DNA of 64,000 nt from Octopus sinensis (taxonomy: Eukaryota): positions 43,462,001 to 43,526,000 of the forward strand of contig NC_043006.1 of NCBI RefSeq assembly GCF_006345805.1. The letters are read 5' to 3'. Below are positions 12,450-25,499 of the stretch, piece after piece. The position numbers and the translations under genes are program-made. Below the pieces are notes generated by a model. The model had not been told where the DNA came from, ran no database searches, and was given only the letters and a program-made list of their open reading frames with translations. Position 1 is the first letter of the stretch. Every line of letters begins with the position of its first letter.

Positions 12450-13260
12450 AAGTTATATCTTGATATCGCTAGTGATAACAATACTCAAAATATATAACAG
12501 ACTGGAATTGTAGGCCCGTCTTTTGCAATTTTGATCAAATTGTATCTTGTCCTCCCTCTTGTATAGAAGTGTGGCTACAATCCAGCCTACCTCTACTTCT
12601 GGGGGGACATTTAAAATTTTTATCCGGGACGTCCTACGTCCCAGATATAAAGGTGAAAATAAAATATTTCCACTTTGCAAGGTTTGAGTCGAGTACTCTC
12701 TTGCACGCTCCGTTGACTCAAACCTTGCTTCTGTTGTGGCGAATTTACCGCCTCTGGTTAGATATCTTTCATAGTCGCACCAAGACACTTTTCGATGGTG
12801 CTTTCCTCCAGGTGTTCAAATCTTTTTTTCTTCTCTACATTGTATACTCTATAGACAGTAGTCTTTTCTTTAATTTAATTTTTTATTTCGTTTGGTGGTG
12901 TTATCCTAGATTCACCGTCTTTGTCGGTGATCAATCCGAAATAGGTTTGTATTTCTTCCATTTTAATTTTGATGAGTTCACGCCCGCCAACGGCTGCAGC
13001 GAAATTCATTTTTGGACTTTCTTCTATCGAAGGCATTCTAACAAAAATGCTTCCGTGTAAACGGTGAAAATATTGTCAATTTCCCCAAACAGGGACACAA
13101 TTCAGTTTTTAAGCAATAAACAAAGCTCTTTCTCCCAAAGGGGGAGGGTTACAGTTTACAATTATTTAACAAAGGCAGCACAACAACGTTTCCCTTACGA
13201 GGAACCAACAAACATGATAACAATAGTTAAACAGTAATAATAATAACAACAAACCTTACG
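12450..13260 (-). mobile_element. 5' part (5' UTR and frameshifted ORF1) of an L1/Tx1-like LINE
   Basis: MPSIEESPKMNFAAAVGGRELIK... then, after a stop and frameshift, RTSRIKILNVPPEVEVGWIVATL (RRM-like). CpG-rich. Confidence 0.65.
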
Positions 13261-13489
13261 GTAAATCAAAAAGCAGTACGCAGTTGAAGCTATAGTCCTT
13301 TATGTATAATAGTCCATCTGGACTATTCCATTTTTGCACACTAATTTTATTTTTAATTTATTCCCATTCATGTAAAACCACTTAAGTTCAAGTCATTGAT
13401 GCAGTTTTATACCAATTGCTATTTTTACTTTTGTTATGTTGCGATTATATTATACTTTAGTTTGATTTTAATTATTACTTACTACATAT

Positions 13490-13790
13490 AATTCAATTGT
13501 TATTATTATCTCTAATTTTTATTGTTAAAGTGAAAGCATCTGACATAAAATAGAGAAATGTTTTTGTTTCACTTTTAACACGTAATACTGAAATAGTGGA
13601 GAAGATATGATATTGCTATGGGCTCGCCCTAGGCAAGAAGTTGGACATTTTTTTTTGCCCATGAAACTACATGGGCCCTAAGTAAGGCATGTGTAAAATT
13701 TGAATGAAATTGTTTGTGTAGTTCTCAAGTTTTATGGAAACACACAGACAGACAGACAGACACACATTCTCGGTTTTATATATAGAGAGA
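13490..13790. mobile_element. Non-autonomous Helitron/HINE-like element 3' part
   Basis: aaatttgaatgaaattg...(gaca)n...ttctcggttttatatatag ending, typical of DINE-1/HINE-like repeats. Confidence 0.4.
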
Positions 13791-13839
13791 TAACAAGTGT
13801 AAGCAACTGAGAAATTATCAATATCTGCAGACATAGACA

Positions 13840-14410
13840 TAGCTGTGTGGTTAAGAAGCTCACTTTGCGACCTTGCAGTTTCAGGTTCAGTTCCATTGTG
13901 CAACACCATAAGCAGGGTTTTTTACTATAGCCCCAGGTCGACCAATGATTTGTGACTGAATTTGGTAGGTGGAAACTGTATGGAAGCACTTTTTATATAT
14001 AGATTTACATACATCATGGTGCTGGTGCCACATAAAAAGCACTGGTGATGGTTCCATGTAAAAAGCACTTGAGTTGGTGTCACATGAGAAGCACAAAGTA
14101 CACTCTGTAAAGTGCTTTGGTTTCTACAGCATCCAGCTGTAGAAACCAAAGTACTTGCTACCAGCACAGGAGCCAGTCGGGGTGGGGGTGGCTAGCTTTG
14201 CTTGGTTTCTACAACATCCAGCTGTAGAAACCAAGCCAAACCAACTATGGAACTTGGTGTGCCTCCTGGCATTGCCAACTCCTGTCAAACCAACCAACCA
14301 ATGCCAGGATGGAAAACATGATGATGATTGTGTGTCTTTGTGTTTGTCTCCATGTCCAATTGCTTGACAACCACTGTTGGTTTGTTTACATTCTCGTAAC
14401 TTAGAGACCA
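13840..14410 (+). mobile_element. Old SINE A with an RTE 3' tail (~14005-14330) inserted in its central microsatellite
   Basis: SINE A 5' half, then a GAT-tailed repeat, then SINE A 3' half. Confidence 0.65.
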
Positions 14411-14624
14411 GGGGAATAAATGTCAGTCATGAATACTGGGATTGATTTGTTTCACATTGCTGCAGTCCACTCAGCCGGTAACAATGATGAATCCTGCAAC
14501 TGACCAATGTCCCATCCAGGGAGAGGGTATATATGCCAGAGAAACCAGGAAACTAGCTCTATACTGCTTATGGAGTTATGTGGATGAACCAATTTGGAAG
14601 GAAACAGAGTTTTACTCTGTATTT

Positions 14625-14950
14625 AGTGAAGGCATATGGCTCAGTGGTTAGAGCATGGGACTCACAATCATGAGGTAGTGAGTTCAATTCCTGGACTGGA
14701 CAGTGTGTTGTGTTCTTGAGCAAGACACTTTATTTTATGCTGTTCACTCAGCTGTAGAATTGAGTTGCGATGTCACTAATGCCAAGCTTTATTGGCCTTT
14801 GACTTTCTTTTGGATAACATCAGTGGCATGAGGAGGAGAGGTTGGTATGCATGTGTGACTGCTGGTCTTTCATAAACAATCTTGTCCTGACTTGTTTCTA
14901 GGAGGGGAAATTTCTAGGTGTAGTCCCATGGTCATTCATGATTTAAGGGA
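14625..14950 (+). mobile_element. SINE family B
   Basis: ggctcagtggttagagc A-box-like head and gttcaattcc B-box. Body matches 22564. Confidence 0.8.
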
Positions 14951-16426
14951 GTCTTTACCCTTTTCTCTGTAATTGAGAAAATGGTAGGATTTTCACTTCA
15001 GCTCCTGTTTTGGCAAAAAGAAGAGTACTGGTTATCTTAGCTGTTACATGAAAAGGGAGGCTAGATGAATCCCTACTAGAAAGATTTGTTGTTACTAATC
15101 TCAGACCGGTCTGTTTTCTTTTGTTTGAAGAAATTTGTTTCATGTGTGAACAAGAGGTGACACACTTTCAGAAATTCTCACCAAACTACCAATGCTACCA
15201 GTACTGTGGTTCTTCATGCCTGCTACTTTTAGCTGAGCTGAGTTGTGGGTACTTGGACATACCACATCTAACACACAGAATGAGCAATGGGAGCTACCAA
15301 TTCTGCCTGTGATGGGTGGTGTAGAGGTAAATGTTGGTGACACTTCCTCCCTCCCCCTATTCTATGAAGGAAAAATGTAAAGAGCTCCCCACTGTCTTGT
15401 TCAACACTTCGGCTAAATACTCAACAGTATCAGTGTCTTTAGCTAATGTAAGAATGGGACATGCATTTGAAAGTGGCTATTAAAAAAATAGTTGTTTCAT
15501 GAGACATCCTTCAAGATAGTGACATATCTTGTGCAATCACTGATGTGGTTTGTAGTTACCTAGCTCTTCTGAGATGCAAGTGATGTAACCATTTCTATTG
15601 AAATGAAGACGTACATTAAAAGAACCAGTCCTTTGGGCTGGTATAGCGCTCAGTAGGTAGTGGAGTATTGAGTGACCACTCACCATTGTGGTTATCTTTG
15701 GTTGAGGAGAAAGTATAGTGTAGAAAAATCATGACTGACAAAGTGTTGTGCATTACAAACTCTACTTTCACTTTTTAAAAACTAGATGGTGAGATTGTTA
15801 AACTTGAATTGGAGAAAGATTGAAACAAACTGTTGCTTGAAAATATGAAATCTTAGCCTTTACTAATGCACTCTGAAGCATATCGTCCAGAACAGAGACA
15901 TTATGTAAACCTAATAATTAACCTAAGAAAGTTTAAAATACATTGACCTCAAGTAGGAAATAGTTCAAGTAAATCTTAAACCATTAAACTATCACATGAA
16001 GTATCATGTCACGGTCAACAATGTACAATATAGTTTATTGTATATATTTTCTGTCCACCACTAAAATGCTTGTAGTTGTTTAAGTAGTATGGTTGAATCT
16101 AGTCCAAGTGACATGAGGTTGTCATAAACAGAAATTTCCAGTCCAATATTATGAAATGTTGATTACAGTATTGTCACTATTCAGGATGTAGACGTAAAAA
16201 CATTGATAAATAGTAAATGAAATGGTGTTCAGTTAAAAGGAACAAAATCTAAAATAGTGATGTTAGATCAATTACCAAAAAGGAAAAAATATATAATGAC
16301 TAAAGATAAATGGTTTCAATACTTCCAGAAGAAATAGTGTGAATTCACAAGTATATTTAATCCGACTTAGACTGGTGGGAAACTCTAGGAAGAAAAACAG
16401 TGTATATTTGTGCAGTGAAAATTCAA

Positions 16427-16676
16427 CTCGTTGCTATTATGCAAAAGTGTCGTAAATCCGAAACATTGCTTTTTCAGAAAACGTAAAACTAGTTTCACCA
16501 TTCTGTAGCAAAACCGTTGTACTATACACTAACAATTTTTGATATCTTGGCATCTGAAGCAGCTGGAGATACGATAGTTGACCAAAAGAATTGGTTATTG
16601 CAAACAAAAATAAATATTGAAAAAAACGCATTTGGTCAAATCTGGGCATACGACAGTTTAACATAATAGCAACGAG
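16427..16676. mobile_element. 250-bp MITE with perfect 15-bp TIRs (ctcgttgctattatg)
   Basis: TIRs at 16427-16441 and 16662-16676. Second, diverged copy at 58180-58415. Confidence 0.8.
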
Positions 16677-17144
16677 ATATATATATATATATTTGTGTGT
16701 GTCCTTTATTTGAAGAATATTTGCAGAGTCATAAGTTTGGTTCGTCTCTATACAACCATCAAAGAACATACAGAAAATACTTATCACTCATTGATTGAAT
16801 GACTCTCCACTAATTCATCGTCATCATTATCACCATTTTGACATCCTCTTTTCCATGCATTCATGGGTCGGATGAAGTTTACTGAGGCAGATTTTCTATG
16901 GCCGGATGCCCTCTCTGTCAACAACTTTCACCTGCTCCCAACTGAGGTAATACTTCCCACATGGCCAGACATCTTCTCCCAGAATATTGAAGATGAATAA
17001 CACTGCTTGTATGAGAGTGACAATCATTTTACAACTATCACATGATATCAAGACAAGGAGATACAAGCATACACAGGCTTCTTTCAGTTTCCGTCTTCCA
17101 AATCCACTCACAAGGTTTATTTGACCTGAGACTATAGTTGAAGA

Positions 17145-17512
17145 TGTGGAGGTCCATGGCTTAGTGGTTAGGGTGTTGGACTCATGATTGTAAGTTTGTG
17201 GTTTCAGTTCCTGGACCAAGTGATGCATTGTGTTCTTGAGCAAGACATTTCATTTCACGTTGCTCCAGTCCACTCAGCTGGCAAAAATGAGCAATCTGTG
17301 ATAGACCAGCATCCCATCCAGGTAGGGAATATATATGCCACTGAAACTGGGAAACTGGCCCTTATGAGCCTGACATGGCTCAAGAAGGAAACATTTTTCG
17401 TGATGGACTGGCATCCTATCTATGTGGGGAATATATATATGCCACTGAAATCAGGAAACTGGTCCTTATGAGCCTGATATGGCTCGCAAAGGAAACATTT
17501 ATTTATTATCAT
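17145..17512 (+). mobile_element. CORE-like SINE with an internal tandem duplication, nested in an antisense SINE A (~17065-17610) with a 12-bp TSD
   Basis: tatagttgaaga at 17133-17144 and 17513-17524. Confidence 0.8.
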
Positions 17513-17894
17513 TATAGTTGAAGACACTTGCCCAAGGTGGCATGCAGTGGGACTGAAACTAGAACCATGTAGATGGGAAACAAGCTTCTTACCACACGGC
17601 TGCACTTGTGTTTGTTTATTACTTCAGTGGTAACTAAAACAATTTGCCCCTATCCAATAAAATAGGGTCAGCCAGTTTGTAACAATCAATGCAGGAGATG
17701 AAATGCTGATTATGTAGAGAAGTGGAGGTTGGCATTGGGACCAGAAGTGAGGGGAAGTGACATCATGTCCAGAAGTGGAGCATTTGAATAGCCTCTTTCT
17801 TTGTCAGGATGTTAAGGTGAAGAGGTGCCTGGTGAGGATCTCGGAGGAATTAGCTTCTGGCCAAAGGTTGGTGTAGTGTACATACTCTCTTTAC

Positions 17895-18280
17895 TCTTTT
17901 ACTTGTTTCAATCATTTGACTGTGGCCATGCTGGAGCACCACCTTTTAGTTGAGCAAATTGACCCCAGGACTTATTCTTTGTAAGCCTAGTACTTATTCT
18001 ATCAGTCTCTTTTACCGAACCGCTAAGTTATGGGGACGTAAACAAACCAGCATCGGTTGTCAAGCGATGTCGGGGGGACAAACACTGACACAAACACATA
18101 TACATATATATATACATATATACAACGGGCTTCTTTCAGTTTCCGTCTACCAAAGCCACACACAAGGCTTTGGTCGGCCCGAGGCTATAGTAGAAGACAC
18201 ATGCCCAAGGGCCATACAGTGGGACTGAACCTGGAACCATGTGGTTGTTAAGCAAGCTACTTACTACACAGCCACCTCCT
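17895..18280 (-). mobile_element. SINE family A, full length
   Basis: Matches the other SINE A copies end to end. Confidence 0.9.
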
Positions 18281-18534
18281 ACGCCTACATGTGTAGGTAT
18301 GAGCAATGAGTTCTGCTGATCCTTGTGAAGCAAAGCTGGATACTCTGTTCTTATTTCATCTCGGAGTGGGTTCTTATTGTTGCCTTTCGTTCTACAGATT
18401 ATTAAGCGTGTAACCAACCATATCTTGTCTACAAACATTAAAAATTCACAATATTTACTTTAACATGATAAAGTCACAATAGCAAACACTTTAATCTTTC
18501 GCTTTCTGTAAGGATCTATTCCGTTCTGCTTTGT

Positions 18535-18850
18535 GAAGGCACATGGCTTAGTGGTTAGGGTATTTGGCTCACAATCGTAAGGTTGTGAGTTCGATTCCTA
18601 GTGGTGCAATGTGTCCTTGAGTAAGATACTTTATTTCACGTTGCTCCACTTCACACAGCTGGCAAAAATGAGTAGTACCTGTATTTCAAAGGGCCAGCCT
18701 AGTCACATTCCATGTCACGCTGAATCTCCCTGAGAACTACATTAAGGGTACACATCTGTGAAGTACTCAGCCACATGCATATTAATTTCATGAGCAAACT
18801 GTTCCATTGATCAGATCAACTGGAATCTTTGTCATCGTAACTGACAGAGT
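18535..18850 (+). mobile_element. SINE family C
   Basis: ggcttagtggttaggg head. Body is the reverse complement of 5830-6170. Confidence 0.8.
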
Positions 18851-19064
18851 GCCATTCAATTCTTGTGGGAACATGGAAAGATATGACCCATTCCCAAGAA
18901 TGCCTTTAACTGTACCAGCTACCATCCTTTCACTCTGATTTCCAATCCTGCAAACACAATGGAAACAGCTGTAATTACCCATCACATTTATCTTCTTGAG
19001 TCTGTTTTCCTTTTCTGTGGCTGCCAGTATGGTTTCTATGCAGTCAAATCTTAAAGAATGGAGG

Positions 19065-19320
19065 CACGTGGCTTAGTGGTTAGGGTGTCAGCATCATGAT
19101 TGTAAGATTGTGGTTTCGATTCCTGGACCAGGCGACGTGTTGCGTTCTTGAGCAAAACACTTCATTTCACGTTGCTCCAGTCCACTCAGCTGGCAAAAAT
19201 GAGTAACGCTGCGATGGACTGGCATCCTATCCAGCTGGGGAACACACACACCATAGAAACTGGGAAACCAGGCCCATGAGCCTGGCTAGGCTTTAAAAAG
19301 GTGCATTTATTTATTTTTTT
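19065..19320 (+). mobile_element. CORE-like SINE (variant related to 17145)
   Basis: tRNA-like head plus gttcttgagcaaaacacttcatttcacgttgctccagtccactcagctg. Confidence 0.8.
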
Positions 19321-19919
19321 AAATCTTAAAGGACTAGCTTTCCTATAGTATTCAATAGTGACCTAGCACCCTTGAGAAGGTCAGCCCTTGCAAAGCCATT
19401 CTCAATGTCTTTATAAGAATATTTCAGCCAAGCTACCTACCTACAGGGTACATTTGTCTCTTATCTCTTGGATCGGCAGGTTTTGGCTATACTTCTCATT
19501 TGCAGTATGTCAATGGAGCTCTATCTAACCTACATTCTAACTGAAATTTGGTGTAACGTAAGATTCAGCTGTATCTTCAATACCATAGTATTTGATGGGA
19601 AATAAGATGCACTTCTTTATTAAAAGAATGTCTCAAAAATCATCCCAAGTTGGGTCGCCCTTTAGATTTTGTTCAAAAATTTTTTTTCCTAATTATGCTT
19701 TACTGAAATAGCAGTACATCTAATTTACCTGTACATTTTTTATGCCATCAAATATATCTTCTTTTTTTTTTGTTTTTGTATTTGTTTTGAAAGATCCTTG
19801 ATGTGAATTTGTGTTTTGAAAAAAAAAAAGTGTTTTGGGAGGGTCATTGCACCAATGGTAGCACATGCATAATGACCCTCCCAAGATAGTATTTTTTATA
19901 AACATAAATAACAACCAAC

Positions 19920-20300
19920 TTGATGTTACTTTTGACTGCAGATGATACCGTCTTCCATCTGCCACATGCACAGCTCAAGCCAAACATGTACTGTTTCAAT
20001 AAACAGAGACCTTGAACCACACTTTCTATTGGTGACATGCCAATTAGTTCTTCAGTGACACCAAGACGTAACGGTTATGCATATCATGGAAACAATCTTG
20101 TAGTGATCCCTTCATACACATGAACAACACACAGCTACTAAGACACTAAAAAATCTTACAATCTTTGATGATCCATCCTACTGACCTCACATATATCAGA
20201 TTGCCAAAGATCCCCACAGCTCAAAAGATTAGGCTCCTTCTTTATGAAGCAAATATTCCAGCCCTGATCAGTTTGATTCACGTTGGGGCATTGATCATAA
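19920..20300 (+). mobile_element. Decayed CR1/L2-like reverse transcriptase remnant
   Basis: LLLTADDTVF (YADD-like motif) and LLLYEANI (LYKA.IRP-like motif). Multiple stops. Confidence 0.4.
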
Positions 20301-20334
20301 ATATGAGAAGGTGCTGCTAAGTTGTATGTGTCCT

Positions 20335-20735
20335 TTTATTCTTTTACTTGTTTCAGTCATTTGACTGTGGCCATGCTGGAGCACTGCCTTTAGTCGAACA
20401 AATCACCCCCCCCCCCATGACTTATTCTTTGTACATCTAGTACTTATTCTATTGGTCTCTTTTGCCGAACCGCTAAGTTACGGGGATGTAAACACACCAA
20501 AATTGGTTGTCAAGTGATGGTGGCGGGGACAAAAAGACACACACACACACAAATATATACATATATATATATATACGATGGGCTTTTTTCAGTTTCCGTC
20601 TACCAAATCCACTCAGAAGGCTTTGGTCAGCCCAAGGCTATAGTAGAAAACACTTGCCCAAAGTGCCATGCAGTGGGACTGAACCCGGAACCATGTGGTT
20701 GGGAAGCAAGCTTCTTACTACACAGCCACTCCTAC
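20335..20735 (-). mobile_element. SINE family A, full length
   Basis: Matches the other SINE A copies. Confidence 0.9.
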
Positions 20736-21735
20736 ACCTATATATATATATATATTATATATATATATATATATATATGAATTATTTTATTTTATTTATT
20801 AGGGAATAAAAATTCCGTCATCACAGGGATTCAAATAAAATGAATTATTCTCAATGAGGAAATATGTTATTTAGAGATAGCAGTCCCCATCATCACACCG
20901 TATAAAAGAATTTTATTTTAATACTTACTACTGATTTCTAAATTTCTCTGCTATACGTGTTTCTTGAGGTTCTTTTACCGTTCCTTAAGCACACAGTGTT
21001 TTTAGAGGAGCATTTCTTAAAACGCAACCCCAAGCGTCAGGCCTCTAAATAACTTGATTATAATTCAATACCAAATTCTATATTTTAATTTTTTAACAGA
21101 TAAATATGTGTATGTGCAAATAATTAAATATATATAAATAAAAATATTACAAATTAACCATTGTTTATACACCAACAAACTACAAAAGCTGGTTCATAAA
21201 TATACTGCTTCTTCTTTCTTTCTCTCTCTCACTTATCCCAAAATCTTCAGCTCTTTTGAACAAGCAGACGATGTACATTCTCTTGCCAAACTAGAAATTC
21301 ATCCATGCCCAAGATGTATTAATTTAGAGAAGTTAAAACTAAACAATAACCTCGTTAATCTCCCTAATCGGAGGAGGCTACAAAGTTTCTGGGCTCTAAC
21401 CCCCACTATTTTTATTAGACAATAAGACAAAAAAAACAAAACAGGAAGTTCATAAGTAAACCTTTTCAAAAATGTAAATCCCTATCAAAACAATGAAAGC
21501 CAATCTGTAGTTATCTTAAAGGAGTTGTATTAATTAATTGTGTGCAGGATGAGAAGTTGGTTCTGGCAATAAGAGCTAAGTTCTGCACTGATGAAGATAA
21601 CAGATGGGATAATTTAGGCATTGTAGACAGAATTCTTGGTATCTAATGAAGAATATCTGTTTCGTAGCAGATGACTGCATTTGGCAAGTTCAATACACGC
21701 TTGATGAACATCTGTAAAGTGATAAATATAGAGAT

Positions 21736-22022
21736 ACAGTTCTATATTTAAGAGATGAGGAATTATGTACATTATTTACATTTGACGGATATTCATCCTC
21801 ATCTTGTTAACACGACATTTCGGCTGATATACCTTCCAGCCTTCTTCAGGTGTCTTGTTGGATTCTCTTTCTGTCATCATCTCTGGTTATTTTTCTAAGT
21901 AATGAAGATAACCTCTCTTTGATTTCATTATTTAGTTGATGAAGAAGGCTGGAGGGTATTTCAGCCGAAGCGTTGTGTTAACAAACAAGATGAGGACGAA
22001 TATCTGTCAAATGTAAATAATG
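21736..22022. mobile_element. Penelope-like pLTR inverted pair (arms ~21768-21848 and 21940-22024), flanked by 13-bp direct repeat taaatatagagat
   Basis: Arms are reverse complements and carry hammerhead-like cores. Direct repeat at 21723-21735 and 22023-22035. Confidence 0.65.
21809..21854 (-). ncRNA. Minimal type I hammerhead ribozyme motif
   Basis: Minus strand reads gacac-CTGAAGA-a-ggctg-gaaggtatat-cagcc-GAAA-t-GTC-gtgtt: stem I, core, stem II and a GUC cleavage triplet. Confidence 0.55.
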
Positions 22023-22376
22023 TAAATATAGAGATTTTGAACAGAAATGGTACTTGGTGGTACTTTGAAGATAGCAAATGAGATAGATGAAGCATTGTAG
22101 AAAGAATTCATAATATCTAAGGATAATTATCCATTTTGTAGAAGATGACTGCAAAGGATGATTACAGTACAGGAGAGTATGGTGTATGATGGAGTACTAG
22201 AATGGTACTCAGAGGTACTTTGTACAAATGAAGATAGCAAATGAGATGGCCAAAACAATGTAGAAAGAATTCCTGGTAGCTAAGGAAGAATATCCATTTT
22301 GTAGCAAAGGATAACTATAATATGACAGAGTATGGACTAAGATTGAGCACTGGAATGGTTTCTGCAGATTCCTTAA

Positions 22377-23200
22377 CCCTTTTGTTACCATATTTATTTT
22401 GGAATGCTCTGTGTTTCTTTCAATTAATTTTAAATATGACAAAGAATTTAGTAAAATAACTTAGTTACCATTAAGCTAATGTTAGGAACATAAATTGTGA
22501 CTAAGGGTTGGTGGAAGATTTTAATTCAAAACTTATGAAAACAAGACATTTGTATTAACAGAGGGCGCATGGCTCAGTAGTTAGAACGTTGAACTTGTGA
22601 TCGTGAGGTTGTGAGCTCGAATCCCGGACCGGGCTGCATGTTTTTTTCTTGAGCAAAGCAAGACACTTTATTTCCCGTTGCTCCAGTTCACTCAGCTGTA
22701 GAAATGAGTTGCGACGTCACAGGTGCCAAGCTGTATCGACCTTTGCCTTTCCCTTGGATAACACTGGTGGCGTGGAGAAGGGAGGCCGGTATGCATGGGC
22801 GACTGCTGGTCTTCCATAAACAACCTTGCCCGGACTTGTGCCTGGGAGGGTAACTTTCTAGGTGCAATCCCATGGTCTGTGTCGTGTCTAAAGGGGGTCT
22901 CAGAATGTATTAACAGAGCCAGAGACTGTTTCAAGCGGATTGGTATCAAAAGGGTTAAAAACATCCTGGTGACTTTAACTCTTCTGTTACCATATTTCTG
23001 TTGAGATGCTCTGTGTTTCTTTCAATTAATTTTAAATATGACAAAGAATTTAGTAAAATAACTTAGTTACCGTTAAGCTAATGTTAGGAACATAAATTGT
23101 GACTAAGGGTTGGTGGAAAATTGTAATTCAAACCTTATGAAAACAAGACATTTGTACTGCAGAGCCAGAGGCGGTTTCAGCCGGATTGGTATCGAAACGG
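22377..23200. mobile_element. Two tandem piggyBac-type MITEs (22377-22954 and 22979-23200) with TTAA ends
   Basis: TTAA-CCCTTTTGTTACC...GGTATCAAAAGGG-TTAA. The bodies are nearly identical. Confidence 0.85.
22564..22905 (+). mobile_element. Young SINE B inserted in the MITE with a 13-bp TSD
   Basis: tgtattaacagag at 22551-22563 and 22906-22918. CpGs retained. Confidence 0.9.
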
Positions 23201-23679
23201 TTAAAAGAGGTGAACTTAGCACTGCAAACTTATGATTCTATCATCAGTTTTGCACCAATAACACTTCTTATACTGCTATGGCTATTTTCAGTTGGTTAGA
23301 TCGATTCATTTGAAATTCAAACTCCCTAACTGAAGACTCAACACAGCAGTCAAACAAGCGCCCTATAGACGAGGCCAGATTTACTCTCTTAAAGCATGGT
23401 AAATACAGAAAATAAAAACCATACTGACAATGTTGCAAGTCGTTCAGACGTATCCTTTTCCGATTATATTGAATGTCACCTGCATGAAATACACTATGAG
23501 GCTAATTGAAAGTTTCACTCCACTTATTCAGTGCCATATTCACATTTGTCAGATGAAACAGATTCATGTACAGTTTTCATTCAATTATTTTCAGGTGAAA
23601 ATAGAGAATAGAAAATTTTATTAAGATAGGTTAATTCCATTCTATAAAAGTTTCTCTCGATGGGAGGATACATATATCT

Positions 23680-23748
23680 GTGTGTATGTATGTGTGTGTA
23701 TATATATATATATATATATCATGTCTATATATATATATATATATCATG

Positions 23749-23787
<39 letters not shown>

Positions 23788-23821
23788 TGTCTATATATAT
23801 ATATATTATATATATATATCA

Positions 23822-23856
<35 letters not shown>

Positions 23857-23911
23857 TATCTATATATATATCTATATATCATATCTATATATATATCTAT
23901 ATATCATGTCT

Positions 23912-23943
<32 letters not shown>

Positions 23944-24620
23944 CATGTCTATACATATATATATATATATCATGTCTATACATATATATATATATCATGT
24001 CTATACATATATATATATATATATATATCATGTCTATACACACACACATAAAAGTCCATCTGAAATAAATTTCCTTCTGTATACTGATTTGTGTACAAAA
24101 TGTTTATACACTCACTTATAGATGGAGTGTATTGTAGAGATCTAGCTTAACACATTTTCAAATAGACTTCTTCTTGATGGACATACATACACATGCAGTA
24201 GATGATGAAGTATCGATATGTAAGATAAGATATACACACACACACATATATATATACATATATGTATATATATATATACATATATGTATATATACAAATA
24301 TATACATATCTGTATATATGTATATATGCATATATATATACATATGTATATATGTGTATATACATATATCTATATGTATATATGCTTATATATACATATG
24401 TATATAAGCTTATATATACATATATACATATGTATATATGCTTATATATATATACATATGTATATGTGCTTATATATATATACATATGTATATGTAAATA
24501 TATATATACATATGTATATATATATACATATATGTATTTATATGTATATATATATATATGTGTGTGTGTGTGTACATATATGTATATGTGCATATATATA
24601 TATATATACACACACACAAA
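23680..24620. repeat. Compound (TA)n arrays punctuated by catgtc, followed by (TA/CA/TG) repeats
   Basis: Directly visible. Source of ORFs 23631-24714. Confidence 0.95.
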
Positions 24621-25461
24621 CATACATCATGCATACATATGCCATGCAACCCAAATCATGAGGAAAGTATTAGTGACCATTTTCTTTTCATTGCAAAACC
24701 TGATTAGGAGATGAAACAGTGAGCTGCCGCTGTTGTTGTTCCACAGCTGAGTTTGGCCAGTAATTCATGCTTCACTGACTGACATAGAAGCTAATCTGCA
24801 AGAAGCAGAGAGATAGCAAAGCTATCCAGGTCGCTTCCAATTGGGAGATCTACCACCACACATCCACATTATACTGCAAAGCAACAACAACAACATAAAC
24901 AGCAAACAACAGTAACAAATATAATAAACAACTGATGTAACACAGTTTCTGGTACAGATCACTTTTTTATTTATTTTTTTAATTATTTTTTTTCCATTTT
25001 ATTAGCGGTATAGGTGGCAGCACTGGTCAGGAATATGGTGGGAATTGTCACAGCTTATGCAGTTCAGCTTTTTTCTATTTTTTATTTATTTTTTTTCTCT
25101 TTTCTTCTTCTTGTTGTTGTTCTTCTTCCAGTGTTGTTATTTGTGATTAACTCAGATTAAGATCAGAAATAAAATAAGATTGTGTCACAGTTATCACATT
25201 TTCATCTTCCTTGGATTCAATCAAGAGAAACGTTCTGATCCTACAAACCTTTGGGTTTCTTCTCTTTTGCTGTTGATCTTCCCGCACAAGACTTTTATAG
25301 ATATTCTTCTTCTGGTTATGGGCCTTTTCAGGGAATTTATTTCTTTTTTTATGTTTTTGCAACGATGGAAAGGGATCCTAGCATTTTGAATGGAATCAGA
25401 TTTACAGTCCTTTTTGCATATAGTCTGACTTTTTACTTATCATACATACATACACATAAAG

Positions 25462-25499
<38 letters not shown>

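Noticed and set aside
14625-14700. tRNA genes at SINE heads (also 18535, 19065, 22564)
   Set aside because: Only A/B-box-like remnants fused to SINE bodies, with no complete cloverleaf.
15240-15483. Open frame AELWVLGHTTSNTQNEQWELPILPVMGGVE...
   Set aside because: Weak acceptor, and the opposite strand resembles decayed LINE sequence. No recognisable homology.
21260-21425. LRR-like peptide (LEKLKLNNNLVNLP) or a minus-strand 58-nt exon at 21233-21290
   Set aside because: Single isolated stretch without convincing splice sites. The CPRC motif could equally be a LINE zinc-knuckle remnant.
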